Virus record (IMG/VR): IMGVR_UViG_3300009550_000009 | From: a virus | Direction: 5' to 3' (one strand) | Length of the DNA stretch: 64,000 nt | Shown here: piece after piece, positions 19,320 to 29,494 of the stretch | Numbering within the stretch: position 1 is the stretch's first letter | How the letters are laid out: the number at the start of each line of letters is the position of its first letter | The notes under the pieces: model-generated | What the model saw: only the letters and a program-made list of their open reading frames with translations | What the model was told of the DNA's origin: nothing | Databases searched by the model: none | Position numbers and translations under genes: made by a program

Positions 19320-21018
19320 AAAAGTTCGTTGGAAAAATTTCCTTTCAACGGGTGATCAATATTCTGAGATAGATTTTCAAGGTTCATCTACAACTTTGAT
19401 AGTGGGATCTAATGGAAGTGGAAAGAGCACAGTTTTAGATGCTTTAACTTTTGGTTTGTTTTCAAAACCATTTCGTAAGATAAACAAAAGTCAATTAATT
19501 AATACTGTTAATGAGAAAGATTTACGAGTTGAAGTTGAATTTGTAATAGGAACAATAACATGGAAAGTAATACGTGGTATCAAACCAAATATATTTGAGA
19601 TATGGAGAAATGATAAACTACTTGATCAGTTTGCATCTGTAAATGATCAGCAAAAATGGTTAGAACAAAATGTAGTAAAGATGAATTATAAATCGTTTAC
19701 ACAGATTGTAATTTTAGGATCAAGTAACTTTGTCCCATTCATGCAATTAAGTGCAACGAATCGTAGAGAAGTAATTGAAGATTTACTTGACATAAAAATA
19801 TTCACATCGATGAATAATATTATCAAGGATAAGATTAGGCAGGTTAAAGAGAAAACAAAAACTTTAGATCTTAAAAAAGAATCTTTAATTGATAAAGTTT
19901 CTATGCAAGAAAGATTTATGAATGAAATAGAGACTCGTGGTAAAGAGGATATTGAAAAGAAGAAAAAAAAGATGGATAGTTTAGGTGATGATATTTGTGT
20001 TTGTATTATGCAGAATGAGGATGCAGAGGATAGTATCTATGGATTGCAGCAAAAACAAGAAAAATTAACAGCAGCATCAGACACTTTAGCTAAACTTAAT
20101 AATTTAAAAGGTCAGATATCTAATAAAGTATCAATGATATCTAAAGAGGATAAATTTTTTAAAGACAATACGGTTTGTCCTACATGCACTCAGGAAATCG
20201 ATGAAGATTTCAGAATAAATAAAATCAATGACGCTCAAAATAAAGCAAAGAAGTTGCAATCAGGTTATAAAGAACTTGAAGATACAATTAAAAAAGAACA
20301 AGAAAGAGAGCGTCAATTTACAAAAATATCAAAGGAGATTACTAAACTCACGCATGGCATTTCTCAAAACAACTCTCTCATCTCTAACTGTCAAAAACAA
20401 CAACGAGATCTTAAAGATGAAGTTCAAACACTTACCAATCAAATTGAAAACAGAAATACTGAGCATGAAAAGTTAGAAACATTTAAACAAAATCTCCAAG
20501 ATACATATGAAGAATTAGGGTCTCAGAAAGAGAAAATAAAATATTTTAATTATACCTATGAGTTATTGAAAGATGGTGGAGTTAAAGCAAAAATTATAAA
20601 GAAGTATTTACCATTAATAAATCAACAGATAAATCGTTATCTACAGATGATGGACTTCTATATTAATTTTACTCTTGATGAAGAGTTTAATGAAACCGTT
20701 CAATCACCAATTCATGAAGATTTTTCATATGCTTCGTTTAGTGAGGGAGAAAAACAAAGAATAGATTTAGCTTTGTTATTTACTTGGAGAGAAGTTGCTA
20801 AGTTTAAAAATTCAATATCTACTAATTTAATGGTATTGGATGAAGTGTTTGATAGTTCACTTGATGGTCAAGGAACAGAGGAATTTTTAAAGATAATTAA
20901 ATATGTTATTGAAGATGCTAACATATTTGTTATTTCTCACAAAACAGGTCTAGATGATAGATTTGAAAATGTGGTAAGATTTGAAAAAATTAAAGGATTC
21001 AGTAGGATGGTATCATGA
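19306..21018 (+). CDS. gp46: recombination ATPase gp46 (Rad50/SbcC-like)
   Basis: GSNGSGKS, CPTC hook, FSEGE signature, LDEVFD. Confidence 0.97.
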   Translation: MILFEKVRWKNFLSTGDQYSEIDFQGSSTTLIVGSNGSGKSTVLDALTFGLFSKPFRKINKSQLINTVNEKDLRVEVEFVIGTITWKVIRGIKPNIFEIWRNDKLLDQFASVNDQQKWLEQNVVKMNYKSFTQIVILGSSNFVPFMQLSATNRREVIEDLLDIKIFTSMNNIIKDKIRQVKEKTKTLDLKKESLIDKVSMQERFMNEIETRGKEDIEKKKKKMDSLGDDICVCIMQNEDAEDSIYGLQQKQEKLTAASDTLAKLNNLKGQISNKVSMISKEDKFFKDNTVCPTCTQEIDEDFRINKINDAQNKAKKLQSGYKELEDTIKKEQERERQFTKISKEITKLTHGISQNNSLISNCQKQQRDLKDEVQTLTNQIENRNTEHEKLETFKQNLQDTYEELGSQKEKIKYFNYTYELLKDGGVKAKIIKKYLPLINQQINRYLQMMDFYINFTLDEEFNETVQSPIHEDFSYASFSEGEKQRIDLALLFTWREVAKFKNSISTNLMVLDEVFDSSLDGQGTEEFLKIIKYVIEDANIFVISHKTGLDDRFENVVRFEKIKGFSRMVS

Positions 21019-21803
21019 TTGGAATTGTTGGTAATGGTTTTGTTGGCAACGCTGTCTATCAAAATTTTAGAGACAAAACACAATGCAAGGTCTATGACAC
21101 AGACAAAAATAGATCTTTAAATACTTTGGGAGAGGTAATAAATGAGAATTTTATTTTCGTTTGTTTACCAACCCCAATGAGATATGGGGGTGAGTGTGAT
21201 TTATCAATCTTAAATAAATTTTTTGAGGATTTGCCAGATCATATTACTGGAACATTTGTTATCAAATCAACTGTTCCAATAGGAACAACTAAAAAGTTTT
21301 TTGAGAGACATAATGTAATTCATAATCCAGAATTTTTAACTGCTAGAAATGCAATAAAAGACTTTGCAAATTCTGAGAGAAATATTGTTGGTGGTGATAT
21401 GGAATTATGTGTTGATTTTGTTCGTATGTTTGAAGGATATTTTCCCCACATTCCAAGTATCATTACAACTTCTGATGAGAGTGAAGCAATTAAGTATTTT
21501 TCAAATACATTTCTTGCATACAAAGTAGCATACTTCAATAAAATATATGATTTATGCCAAAAGGTTGGTATGGATTATGATGTAGTGGTTGAAGGTGTGA
21601 CTGCAGATAGTCGCATTGGTAAATCACATACTAAAGTTCCCGGAATTGATAATGATCGTGGATTTGGTGGAACTTGTTTTCCTAAAGATTTGAACTCATT
21701 GATTGTTCAGATGGAATCTCATGATGTAAATGCTGACATGTTCAAAGAAATATGGAAGTATAATCAAGAGATTAGAAATGTAATTGACTGGCCAGTAACA
21801 TGA
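21015..21803 (+). CDS. UDP-glucose/GDP-mannose dehydrogenase family protein (short form)
   Basis: GNGFVG Rossmann, CLPTP, IKSTVP, NPEFL, GFGGTCFPKD catalytic Cys. Confidence 0.9.
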   Translation: MIGIVGNGFVGNAVYQNFRDKTQCKVYDTDKNRSLNTLGEVINENFIFVCLPTPMRYGGECDLSILNKFFEDLPDHITGTFVIKSTVPIGTTKKFFERHNVIHNPEFLTARNAIKDFANSERNIVGGDMELCVDFVRMFEGYFPHIPSIITTSDESEAIKYFSNTFLAYKVAYFNKIYDLCQKVGMDYDVVVEGVTADSRIGKSHTKVPGIDNDRGFGGTCFPKDLNSLIVQMESHDVNADMFKEIWKYNQEIRNVIDWPVT

Positions 21804-22525
21804 AAGTATTAGTAACAGGACACCGTGGATTTATCGGTAGATATGTATTTGCTGATTGGAGAAAGGAATTGGGTTATGAGGTGCATGGTATCGATTTTCC
21901 TGATGATATGAAAAATTTTAAAGGTGGTGATTATGGATTAGTCATACATCTTGCTGCGTATGCTGATCTACGAGAAAGTGTAGAACAACCAGAAAAGTAT
22001 TATGAAAATAATGTTGTAAAATCAAAACCACTTTTCAATTGGTGTCGAGAAACAAATACAAGATTATTATACGCATCAACTGGTGCTGCAAATGAAAACT
22101 ACTGGGATAATCCTTATGCTTTGAGTAAGTGGGTAAATGAGCAAATGGCTCCACCTAATTCTGTTGGTATGAGATTTTCTACAGTGTATGGGCCTGATGT
22201 CAGACCAAACATGATGTATGGTTTGCTACGAGATAAAAAGGCAACCTATGTGACTAATCACAAAAGAGATTGGATTCATGTTAAGGATGTGTGTAGTGCA
22301 ATAAGATATCTTGCTCCTAGTTCAATAACAGGCCCAGTTCAAATAGGATATGGAGAATCTGTTCCAGTTAAAAAACTTGCAGAAAAATTTGGACAAGGTG
22401 ATTTACCTGTTAAAGATTACACTCCCGGTGAAGTGGATGATAATGTTGCTGATATATCTGTGATGGCAAGTATTGGATGGATGCCAACAATTAGTGTATT
22501 GGAGTCAGTAGATGCCGACCTATAA
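21800..22525 (+). CDS. NAD-dependent epimerase/dehydratase
   Basis: VTGHRGFIG, HLAA, YALSK, VYGP, RDWIHV. Confidence 0.9.
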   Translation: MKVLVTGHRGFIGRYVFADWRKELGYEVHGIDFPDDMKNFKGGDYGLVIHLAAYADLRESVEQPEKYYENNVVKSKPLFNWCRETNTRLLYASTGAANENYWDNPYALSKWVNEQMAPPNSVGMRFSTVYGPDVRPNMMYGLLRDKKATYVTNHKRDWIHVKDVCSAIRYLAPSSITGPVQIGYGESVPVKKLAEKFGQGDLPVKDYTPGEVDDNVADISVMASIGWMPTISVLESVDADL

Positions 22526-23159
22526 ACAATTAAGACCTGAATTTCCTAGTCCTGCAAAAAGATTATTTCATATCCACATACCTAGAACTGCAGGTAGATT
22601 TTTGATGAATAATATTTTATCAAATGGATTTGATCTTGAAGGAACAATTTTACCAACAGAAAATGGAATGGAACCACAACATTTTCATGCAGAATTATAT
22701 GAGAGATATTATGATATTGCAAATATTCCACATATTGCAATTGTTCGTAATCCTATAGATCGATTTATATCATGTTCAATATTTTTAAAAAAAATGTATG
22801 GTGACATACAAGATGCAATGGAAGATCCAATGATGTTTTCGTCTTTAATTGAAAACTATCCATTTGAAGGTATTAATTGGTTTAGACCACAGATGGATTT
22901 TATTACTGATGAAACTAATCTTTGGAAATTTGAAGATGGATTTGGTAGTGACTTTGATGAGTGGATGACAGATTTGATTGGTGCACCATATGTTACTAAA
23001 GATGTGCCATACCAAAAACTGGTAATAAATGAGGATGACAAATTAATAAAGACTGATAGAATTATAGATAATATCAAGTCGTTATATAGGAAGGACATTG
23101 AGCAACTCTATCCCGAATTGGCAACACCACTCCAAAAAACAACAGAAACGCAGACTTAA
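22512..23159 (+). CDS. sulfotransferase-family protein
   Basis: HIHIPRTAG (5'-PSB-like loop), VRNPIDRFIS (3'-PB motif), C-terminal LYRKDIE. Confidence 0.7.
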   Translation: MPTYKQLRPEFPSPAKRLFHIHIPRTAGRFLMNNILSNGFDLEGTILPTENGMEPQHFHAELYERYYDIANIPHIAIVRNPIDRFISCSIFLKKMYGDIQDAMEDPMMFSSLIENYPFEGINWFRPQMDFITDETNLWKFEDGFGSDFDEWMTDLIGAPYVTKDVPYQKLVINEDDKLIKTDRIIDNIKSLYRKDIEQLYPELATPLQKTTETQT

Positions 23160-23343
23160 ACCACAAGCTCTGCGACAAGCAAGAGCACGAAGAAACCACT
23201 TAATAAAGTGTCTACTTAAGACCTCTGGCAAGCGTCAGGGGTTTTATAATGGCCATATACACACACAGGAAACAGATGGCAGTTCAATACGAAATCAAAT
23301 CACAACTTGCAAAACTACTTGCAACAGAAGATCTTATTGTTGA
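23098..23343 (+). CDS. basic hypothetical protein
   Basis: PNWQHHSKK..KPQALRQARAR basic motif; TTG start; overlaps both neighbours. Confidence 0.45.
   Translation: MSNSIPNWQHHSKKQQKRRLKPQALRQARARRNHLIKCLLKTSGKRQGFYNGHIHTQETDGSSIRNQITTCKTTCNRRSYC
23196..23250 (+). promoter_or_regulatory. early-promoter-type element: palindrome, stem-loop and -10 box
   Basis: CCACTTAATAAAGTGTC 23196-23212, hairpin CCTCTGGC-AAGC-GTCAGGGG, TATAAT 23245-23250. Confidence 0.6.
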
Positions 23344-25474
23344 GCATAAGCATGTAGAGACAGCGCAGTTCAATGTCCAGACTCGCGTATTGATTCTGCC
23401 TCTTTGGGAGAAAGCAAGTAATTCTGTATATGATATGTTGGTAGCGCATGAAGTTGGGCATGCGTTATTTACACCTAATGAAGATTATAGAGACAAAGTA
23501 AAAATACCTTTTGATTTCATAAATGTTTGCGAAGATGCTCGTATAGAGAAGTTGATGAAGCGTAAGTATCAGGGTCTTCCAAAAACATTTTATTATGGAT
23601 ATAGTGATCTTCATGATGATGATTTCTTTAATGTAGTAGATGTTGATTTTGAAAAATTTAATCTTGCTGATAAAGCAAATCTTCATTTCAAGATTGGTAA
23701 TTTTATTGATATAACATTTACATCAAAAGAGAAGGAGATTATTGACGAGATTGCTAACACAGAAACTTTTGATGAAGTTCTTGTAGTATCAGAGAAGTTA
23801 TATAATTACTGCAAGGAGAATATGGAGGAGCAGAAGAAGCAAGTTCAAGATCTTGATCTTCATATGACTCCACAAACAGGACAACCAGAATCTCCAGAGT
23901 CATCTGATAGTAATGATGATGGTGAGTTAGAAGAAGTTGATCAGCAAGTCACTCAATCAGAAACTAAACCACAAAATGATTTTGGTTCAGATGAAGGTGG
24001 TGATATGGTTACACCAGAGGATGAGCAATCTGATTCTCCTTATGATCCTGATTCTTCAGAACCACAAGTTGCAACTGCAGAAGAGTTGGAGAAGAGTTTA
24101 AAAGATTTAATTGCAAGTCATGATGGTAGAGAGAATATCTATGTTGAATTACCTGATGTTAAACTTGACAAAATTATTGAATCTAATAGTGATGTTCATG
24201 ATGTTATCGAAAAACATTTTGCATGGGAGTGGAGTAGAATTAAAGCAGATAGAGAGAAGAATGGATATTCATGTGTTGCAAATCCATTTGAAGAAATTGA
24301 TTCTGAATTTAATAATTTTAAAAAGAATGCAAGAAAGGAAGTTAATTATCTTGTTAAAGAGTTTGAGTGTAAGAAAGCTGCATCTGCATATGCTCGTGCT
24401 GCAGTAGCTCGCACTGGTGTATTGAATACATCAAAACTTCATACTTATAAGTTCAATGAAGATCTTTTCAAAAAAGTTACCATATTACCTGATGGTAAAA
24501 ATCATGGATTAGTATTCATTCTTGATTGGTCAGGATCAATGCAATATATCTTACAGGATACTTTAAAGCAACTTTATAATTTAATTTGGTTCTGCAGAAA
24601 AGTAAATATTCCCTTTGATGTATATGCTTTTTCAAATGAATTCAAACGTGATGAGGGTTGGGGTTATTCTCATAATTATGATACTGTTGCCTATGAGAAG
24701 AGAGAGAACATAATGGCAATTGATAGTTGTTTTTCTCTTATGCATTTTTTCTCAAGTGATATCAAAGGAAAAGATCTTGAACAACAAATGCTTAACATAT
24801 GGAGAGTTGCATCTTTATTCAGAGTATGGGGTCATGTAACTTATCCACGTAGACTTGCATTATCAGGAACGCCATTGAACGAATCATTAATCACTCTACG
24901 TCAAATTCTTCCAGAGTTCCAAAAGAAACATAACCTTGAAAAAGTTCAGTGTATTGTTCTTACTGATGGTGAAGCTGGGCATCTCTCATATCATGTGGAG
25001 GTTAAACGTTCTTGGGAAGATGAACCATACATGGGAACACGCGGTATCGTTCCCGAAGCGACATTTATACGTGACCGTAAACTTGGTTGTAATTATAAAA
25101 TTGGTTATAGATATACAGATTTTACAGATACTATTCTTCAAAATCTTCAAGATCTATTTCCAACAGTAAACTTTATCGGTATTCGAGTTATCGTTCCTAG
25201 AGCTGCATTATCTTTTGCAAGACATTTTACAACTGATGAAACAAAGTTAAATGTGATTGAGAAAGATTGGAAAAAAACAAAAAGTTTCAATATTGTTGAC
25301 TCTGCTTATGATGCATATTTTGTAATGTCATCAGTAAATCTTAATGACAATTCAGATTTTCAAGTAAAGGAAGATGCTACCAAGTCGCAGATTAAATCAG
25401 CATTCGTTAGATCACTCAAGACAAAAAAACTAAATAAAAAAGTATTGGGCGAATTTATTTCTTTAGTGGTATGA
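23276..25474 (+). CDS. metallopeptidase-VWA (CobT-like) protein
   Basis: HEVGH zincin motif, EDARIE, acidic linker, LDWSGSM MIDAS, GTPL, LTDGE; ATG 23276 follows CAGGA. Confidence 0.88.
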   Translation: MAVQYEIKSQLAKLLATEDLIVEHKHVETAQFNVQTRVLILPLWEKASNSVYDMLVAHEVGHALFTPNEDYRDKVKIPFDFINVCEDARIEKLMKRKYQGLPKTFYYGYSDLHDDDFFNVVDVDFEKFNLADKANLHFKIGNFIDITFTSKEKEIIDEIANTETFDEVLVVSEKLYNYCKENMEEQKKQVQDLDLHMTPQTGQPESPESSDSNDDGELEEVDQQVTQSETKPQNDFGSDEGGDMVTPEDEQSDSPYDPDSSEPQVATAEELEKSLKDLIASHDGRENIYVELPDVKLDKIIESNSDVHDVIEKHFAWEWSRIKADREKNGYSCVANPFEEIDSEFNNFKKNARKEVNYLVKEFECKKAASAYARAAVARTGVLNTSKLHTYKFNEDLFKKVTILPDGKNHGLVFILDWSGSMQYILQDTLKQLYNLIWFCRKVNIPFDVYAFSNEFKRDEGWGYSHNYDTVAYEKRENIMAIDSCFSLMHFFSSDIKGKDLEQQMLNIWRVASLFRVWGHVTYPRRLALSGTPLNESLITLRQILPEFQKKHNLEKVQCIVLTDGEAGHLSYHVEVKRSWEDEPYMGTRGIVPEATFIRDRKLGCNYKIGYRYTDFTDTILQNLQDLFPTVNFIGIRVIVPRAALSFARHFTTDETKLNVIEKDWKKTKSFNIVDSAYDAYFVMSSVNLNDNSDFQVKEDATKSQIKSAFVRSLKTKKLNKKVLGEFISLVV

Positions 25475-25956
25475 TCACATTCAAAGAATTCATGCAAGAG
25501 AGCAGTCTCTCTCGTATAAAAAGTAAATCAGATAAGAGTGGTATAGCAACTCTTTCGGGTGATCGTGGTGACAAATCAAGGAAAGAAAATCAAGCAAGAT
25601 CAAAACAATTGCAAAAAGATATTCGTGGTAAGTTTGGTAGAGGGCCAACTAAATTAAAGGGATCATATTTAGAAAATCCCGGTTCAAAAGATGAGAGAAA
25701 AGTAAAAGAGAAAAGTTATGCAATAGATCGTGGTAAGATGGGTAAAAGAAAATTCAAGAAAGAAGTTAAGAAGTTGGGTAAGAAGTATGGGCAGGATTCC
25801 GTATTAACACAAACTAAAAAAACTGCTACACTACATAGAACAAGAAAAGGTGGATTAGATAAAAAAGGAGAAAATGTCGGTAGGTTTAAACCACAAGGTA
25901 AAAACCCATACGGTCAATCACAAGTTAAAGGTAAAACTTTCGCATATGGAGATTAA
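25471..25956 (+). CDS. basic hypothetical protein with CTS-like leader MITFKEFMQE
   Basis: ESSLSRI..GSYLE..E.SY..KKYGQDSVL pattern of T4-like phages. Confidence 0.75.
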   Translation: MITFKEFMQESSLSRIKSKSDKSGIATLSGDRGDKSRKENQARSKQLQKDIRGKFGRGPTKLKGSYLENPGSKDERKVKEKSYAIDRGKMGKRKFKKEVKKLGKKYGQDSVLTQTKKTATLHRTRKGGLDKKGENVGRFKPQGKNPYGQSQVKGKTFAYGD

Positions 25957-26193
25957 ATGACAAAACCTTATGATGACTCCAACTGGAGAGAAGAATACAA
26001 ACAGTATACAAGTGATAAACATTATCTTGAATTACTGGAAAATGGGCCTAAAAGTTTATCTCAGTCGTGGATACTAGGTGCATTATATAATAAATGGAAA
26101 AAGATAAAGGGGTATCATAAGTATGATCCTAAAGAGAATACAGGGCAGTGTCAATCCTCTTTTGCAGAGTGGGAATCAAAGATAAATAACTGA
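25957..26193 (+). CDS. hypothetical protein
   Basis: YDDSNWREEY..LLENGPKSLSQSW; abuts previous stop. Confidence 0.7.
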   Translation: MTKPYDDSNWREEYKQYTSDKHYLELLENGPKSLSQSWILGALYNKWKKIKGYHKYDPKENTGQCQSSFAEWESKINN

Positions 26194-26200
26194 CACTAAA

Positions 26201-26255
26201 GACAATAAATAAACTGTCCCTTTTAGTGGTATATGCGATCATAGTTTGATATAGT
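26201..26255 (+). promoter_or_regulatory. early-promoter-type element: palindrome and -10 box
   Basis: GACAATAAATAAACTGTC 26201-26218, TATAGT 26250-26255; spacing matches the 23196 element. Confidence 0.6.
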
Positions 26256-26281
26256 AAAGGTATACAAACACAAATCGCATC

Positions 26282-27412
26282 ATGACAAAAAAATTATTCA
26301 AACCCTTTGAAGTCAAAATGACTCGTGAAGAAATTATTGAGGGTCTTAGATCCAACTATGGCACAGAATTTACTGCTGCTGATGTAAAAGGTTTTTGTGC
26401 GATGAATGATATTGCATATTCGACTATTACCAAAAAGATTGATGAGTTTAAAGTTGGTCGTGGAAAGTGGAATTTTGAAGTTACTAAAAAATCAGTAGAA
26501 AAGATAGAGCGTTCATTTAGTGCTCCAAGCGTTACACCTTTTGTGGAAGAAAATCTAGTTCCTACAATAAATGACACATTCGTAAAGTTTGGTAGTTTTA
26601 CTGATCTTAGAAGTATTATTAAGTCAAAATTATTCTATCCTACATTTATCACAGGTTTGTCTGGTAACGGAAAAACTTTTAGTGTTGAGCAAGCATGTGC
26701 ACAACTCAACAGAGAACTTGTTCGTGTAAACATTACAATCGAAACAGATGAAGATGATCTTATTGGCGGTTTCCGTCTTGTTAATGGTGAAACCGTATGG
26801 CACAATGGCCCAGTCATCGAAGCACTTGAGCGAGGTGCAATCTTGCTCCTTGACGAAATCGACCTTGCATCCAACAAGATCCTCTGCCTTCAGAGCATCC
26901 TTGAAGGAACTGGAGTCTTTCTTAAAAAGATTGGGAGATTTGTCAGACCATCCGCAGGATTCAACGTCATTGCCACCGCAAATACTAAAGGTAAGGGTTC
27001 AGACGACGGAAGATTTATTGGAACTAACGTGCTCAATGAGGCCTTCCTTGAAAGATTCCCAGTAACGTTCGAGCAAGAATATCCTGCACCAAAGACAGAG
27101 CAAAAGATTCTTGCTAATGCATCTGCAGAAATTGGTATCAAAGATGCTGATTTTTGTAAGAGACTTGTTGATTGGGCAGACATCATTCGTAAGACATTCT
27201 ACGATGGTGGTGTAGAGGAGATCATTTCTACTCGTCGTTTAGTTCATATCATTCGTGCATATGGAATCTTCAAGAACAAAGCAAAAGCAATCGAAGTATG
27301 TGTCAATCGTTTTGATGATGAGACTAAGCAATCATTCATGGAGTTATATGACAAAGTGGATGCAGATGTAGATTTTAATCAAGAGAACAATGGATCTGTG
27401 GAACAAGTATAA
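26282..27412 (+). CDS. cobS: CobS-like / MoxR-type AAA+ ATPase
   Basis: GLSGNGKT, LLLDEID, ATANTKG, NEAFLERF, ISTRRL. Confidence 0.93.
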   Translation: MTKKLFKPFEVKMTREEIIEGLRSNYGTEFTAADVKGFCAMNDIAYSTITKKIDEFKVGRGKWNFEVTKKSVEKIERSFSAPSVTPFVEENLVPTINDTFVKFGSFTDLRSIIKSKLFYPTFITGLSGNGKTFSVEQACAQLNRELVRVNITIETDEDDLIGGFRLVNGETVWHNGPVIEALERGAILLLDEIDLASNKILCLQSILEGTGVFLKKIGRFVRPSAGFNVIATANTKGKGSDDGRFIGTNVLNEAFLERFPVTFEQEYPAPKTEQKILANASAEIGIKDADFCKRLVDWADIIRKTFYDGGVEEIISTRRLVHIIRAYGIFKNKAKAIEVCVNRFDDETKQSFMELYDKVDADVDFNQENNGSVEQV

Positions 27413-28007
27413 GTCTGTTCTCCATGAAACAATCTCATTAGATTATGATGAGACATGGGGAGCATGGGAATCAAAAGGTATGAGTCTTTTTGCGAAGACT
27501 TATACCAATCCTTTTTTAATTAAATCAAGAGAGGTAGATATTTGGAGTGATAAATGTTCCATTTATAACAACATCCTTTACCCAAAAACAGGTAGTAATC
27601 TTCCATGTTTTGGTATGGATTTGATGGGATTCAATGAAAAGAAAGTTATCATAGTATTTGACTTTCAACATCCAGTTGAAAACTATCGTTACTCTGTTGA
27701 TGGATTACCAAAAGGAAAAAATGATTATAGATTTTTTGAAGTTGGAAATCATTTTTCAGATAACATTTATGTTGCCAAATGTGAAATGAATCAAGTAAAT
27801 GAACATCTTGAAATGTTTGAAAATTACTTGACTAAATTTAAAAACATGTTAGAATTAGAAAAACCAGCTGGTGATGATACTAGCTTGTATAAAGACTTCG
27901 ATGCATATATGACTAAACTTGATCCAGTATCAGGTTTCCTGACTGGTAAATTTGGTAAAGATGCATCAGAGAGTCTCGTAAACGATTTTCTTTTTGCATA
28001 TGGTTAA
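27390..28007 (+). CDS. pebS: phycoerythrobilin synthase (ferredoxin-dependent bilin reductase)
   Basis: LYPKTGSNLPCFGMDLM..KKVIIVFDFQHP, YRFFE.GNHFS, DFDAYM..LDPV, VNDFLF match phage PebS as I recall it. Confidence 0.92.
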   Translation: MDLWNKYKSVLHETISLDYDETWGAWESKGMSLFAKTYTNPFLIKSREVDIWSDKCSIYNNILYPKTGSNLPCFGMDLMGFNEKKVIIVFDFQHPVENYRYSVDGLPKGKNDYRFFEVGNHFSDNIYVAKCEMNQVNEHLEMFENYLTKFKNMLELEKPAGDDTSLYKDFDAYMTKLDPVSGFLTGKFGKDASESLVNDFLFAYG

Positions 28008-28527
28008 TGCGTGGAGTTTAGCATGGGAGGTATTAAACGGATCTATGGATGAAACTTATCCAGTTAAAAATAATACCCCAGAAGATGATGGTCTTGATTA
28101 TGAAGTTAATTATTATGGTGACTACATGGCAGATGTAGATGACCAGAGAGCACATCATTTTTCAACACAATCAGTAGAGGAACAAATGGATTACGAACCA
28201 CAAAGAAATAATCAATACAAGTATCATGAGGAAGAAATTCTAAAAGATATTGAAGATTATGTTTCAATGACGTATAATGGGCATTATACAGGGACAAAAC
28301 ATGAGTTCCGTAAAGTTCAAACAATTGACCTGATGGCAGCAAGGGATATTGCATCAGGATTTTGTCAAGCTAACATATTGAAATATGGTAGTAGATATGG
28401 AAGTAAAAATGGGAGAAATAAAACAGACTTGCTAAAAGTCATTCATTATGCTATGCTACTATTACACTTTGATGGACATTATGGCGAACCATCAATGCCT
28501 ACTGATGAATTTGAACAAATGCCATAA
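28000..28527 (+). CDS. conserved hypothetical protein (DUF3310-like C-terminus)
   Basis: TYNGHY..QTID..FCQANILKYGSRYG.KNG..DLLKVIHYA. Confidence 0.75.
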   Translation: MVNAWSLAWEVLNGSMDETYPVKNNTPEDDGLDYEVNYYGDYMADVDDQRAHHFSTQSVEEQMDYEPQRNNQYKYHEEEILKDIEDYVSMTYNGHYTGTKHEFRKVQTIDLMAARDIASGFCQANILKYGSRYGSKNGRNKTDLLKVIHYAMLLLHFDGHYGEPSMPTDEFEQMP

Positions 28528-29213
28528 TGAAACTTAGACCTCTTACTATGAAAATCTCTGATAAAACTTTAACTCTTTTAAAAAACTTTTCTAACATCAA
28601 TCAATCAATCCTTTTTAAACAGGGTAGATCTTTAAAAACTATATCTGTCATGAAAAACATATTGGCAGAAGCAGAGATTGGTGAAGACTTACCAAAAGAT
28701 TTTGGTATCTATGATCTTAATCAGTTTCTTAATGGTCTTACATTGCATCGAACACCAGAACTTGATTTTGCAAATGAGGGATTCTTGGTAATTAAAGAAG
28801 GTCGTATGAGATCAAAATATTTCTTTGCAGATCCAAAAGTTATTGTTACACCTCCCGACAAAGAAATTACTTTACCAAGTGAAGATGTAGCATTTACAGT
28901 GAGCACAGAACAGTTGGATAAGTTACTTAAGGCTGCAGCGATATATCAATTACCTGATCTATCTGCTGTTGGTGAAAATGGTGTTGTTAAACTTCTTGTT
29001 CGTGATAAGAAGAATGATACATCTAATGATTTCTCAATTGTTGTAGGTGAAACTGATTCAACATTTTCTCTTAACTTTAAGGTTGAAAATATTAAGATTC
29101 TTCCCGGAACTTATGATGTTGTTATGTCAAAGAAACTTCTATCAAGATTTATAAGTAAAGATTATAATTTAAAGTATTACATTGCATTAGAACCAGACTC
29201 AACATTTGAATAA
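28527..29213 (+). CDS. gp45: sliding clamp gp45
   Basis: LLKNFSNINQSI, FGIYDLNQFL, YYIALE. Confidence 0.96.
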   Translation: MKLRPLTMKISDKTLTLLKNFSNINQSILFKQGRSLKTISVMKNILAEAEIGEDLPKDFGIYDLNQFLNGLTLHRTPELDFANEGFLVIKEGRMRSKYFFADPKVIVTPPDKEITLPSEDVAFTVSTEQLDKLLKAAAIYQLPDLSAVGENGVVKLLVRDKKNDTSNDFSIVVGETDSTFSLNFKVENIKILPGTYDVVMSKKLLSRFISKDYNLKYYIALEPDSTFE

Positions 29214-29470
29214 TGAAACTAACTCAAGAGATGATTGATGAGATTCAAAAACTCATGAATCACACAAAAAAAGATGGAAGTATGAACTGGGTTGATGGTG
29301 ACGATATTGAAATAAATTTAGCAGGAACATTTGCTGCTGATAGATTCATTGTCATAAAGAATGCATCCAAGAAACCTTGGAAAAAGGCAGAACCTCATCC
29401 TTACTTTGACTATGAGAAAAAAACCTTTATAAAAAGTAAAGGTATTCCCGCACCAGAAGATATAGGGTGA
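29213..29470 (+). CDS. hypothetical protein
   Basis: Translationally coupled ORF; LAGTFAADRFIVIKN. Confidence 0.7.
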   Translation: MKLTQEMIDEIQKLMNHTKKDGSMNWVDGDDIEINLAGTFAADRFIVIKNASKKPWKKAEPHPYFDYEKKTFIKSKGIPAPEDIG

Positions 29471-29494
29471 GATTTAAAAAAAGCACTGGTCAAA

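Noticed and set aside
26282-27412. cobS as evidence of cobalamin biosynthesis
   Set aside because: No cobN or other cob genes here, and the VWA partner carries a peptidase domain; the name is only a family label
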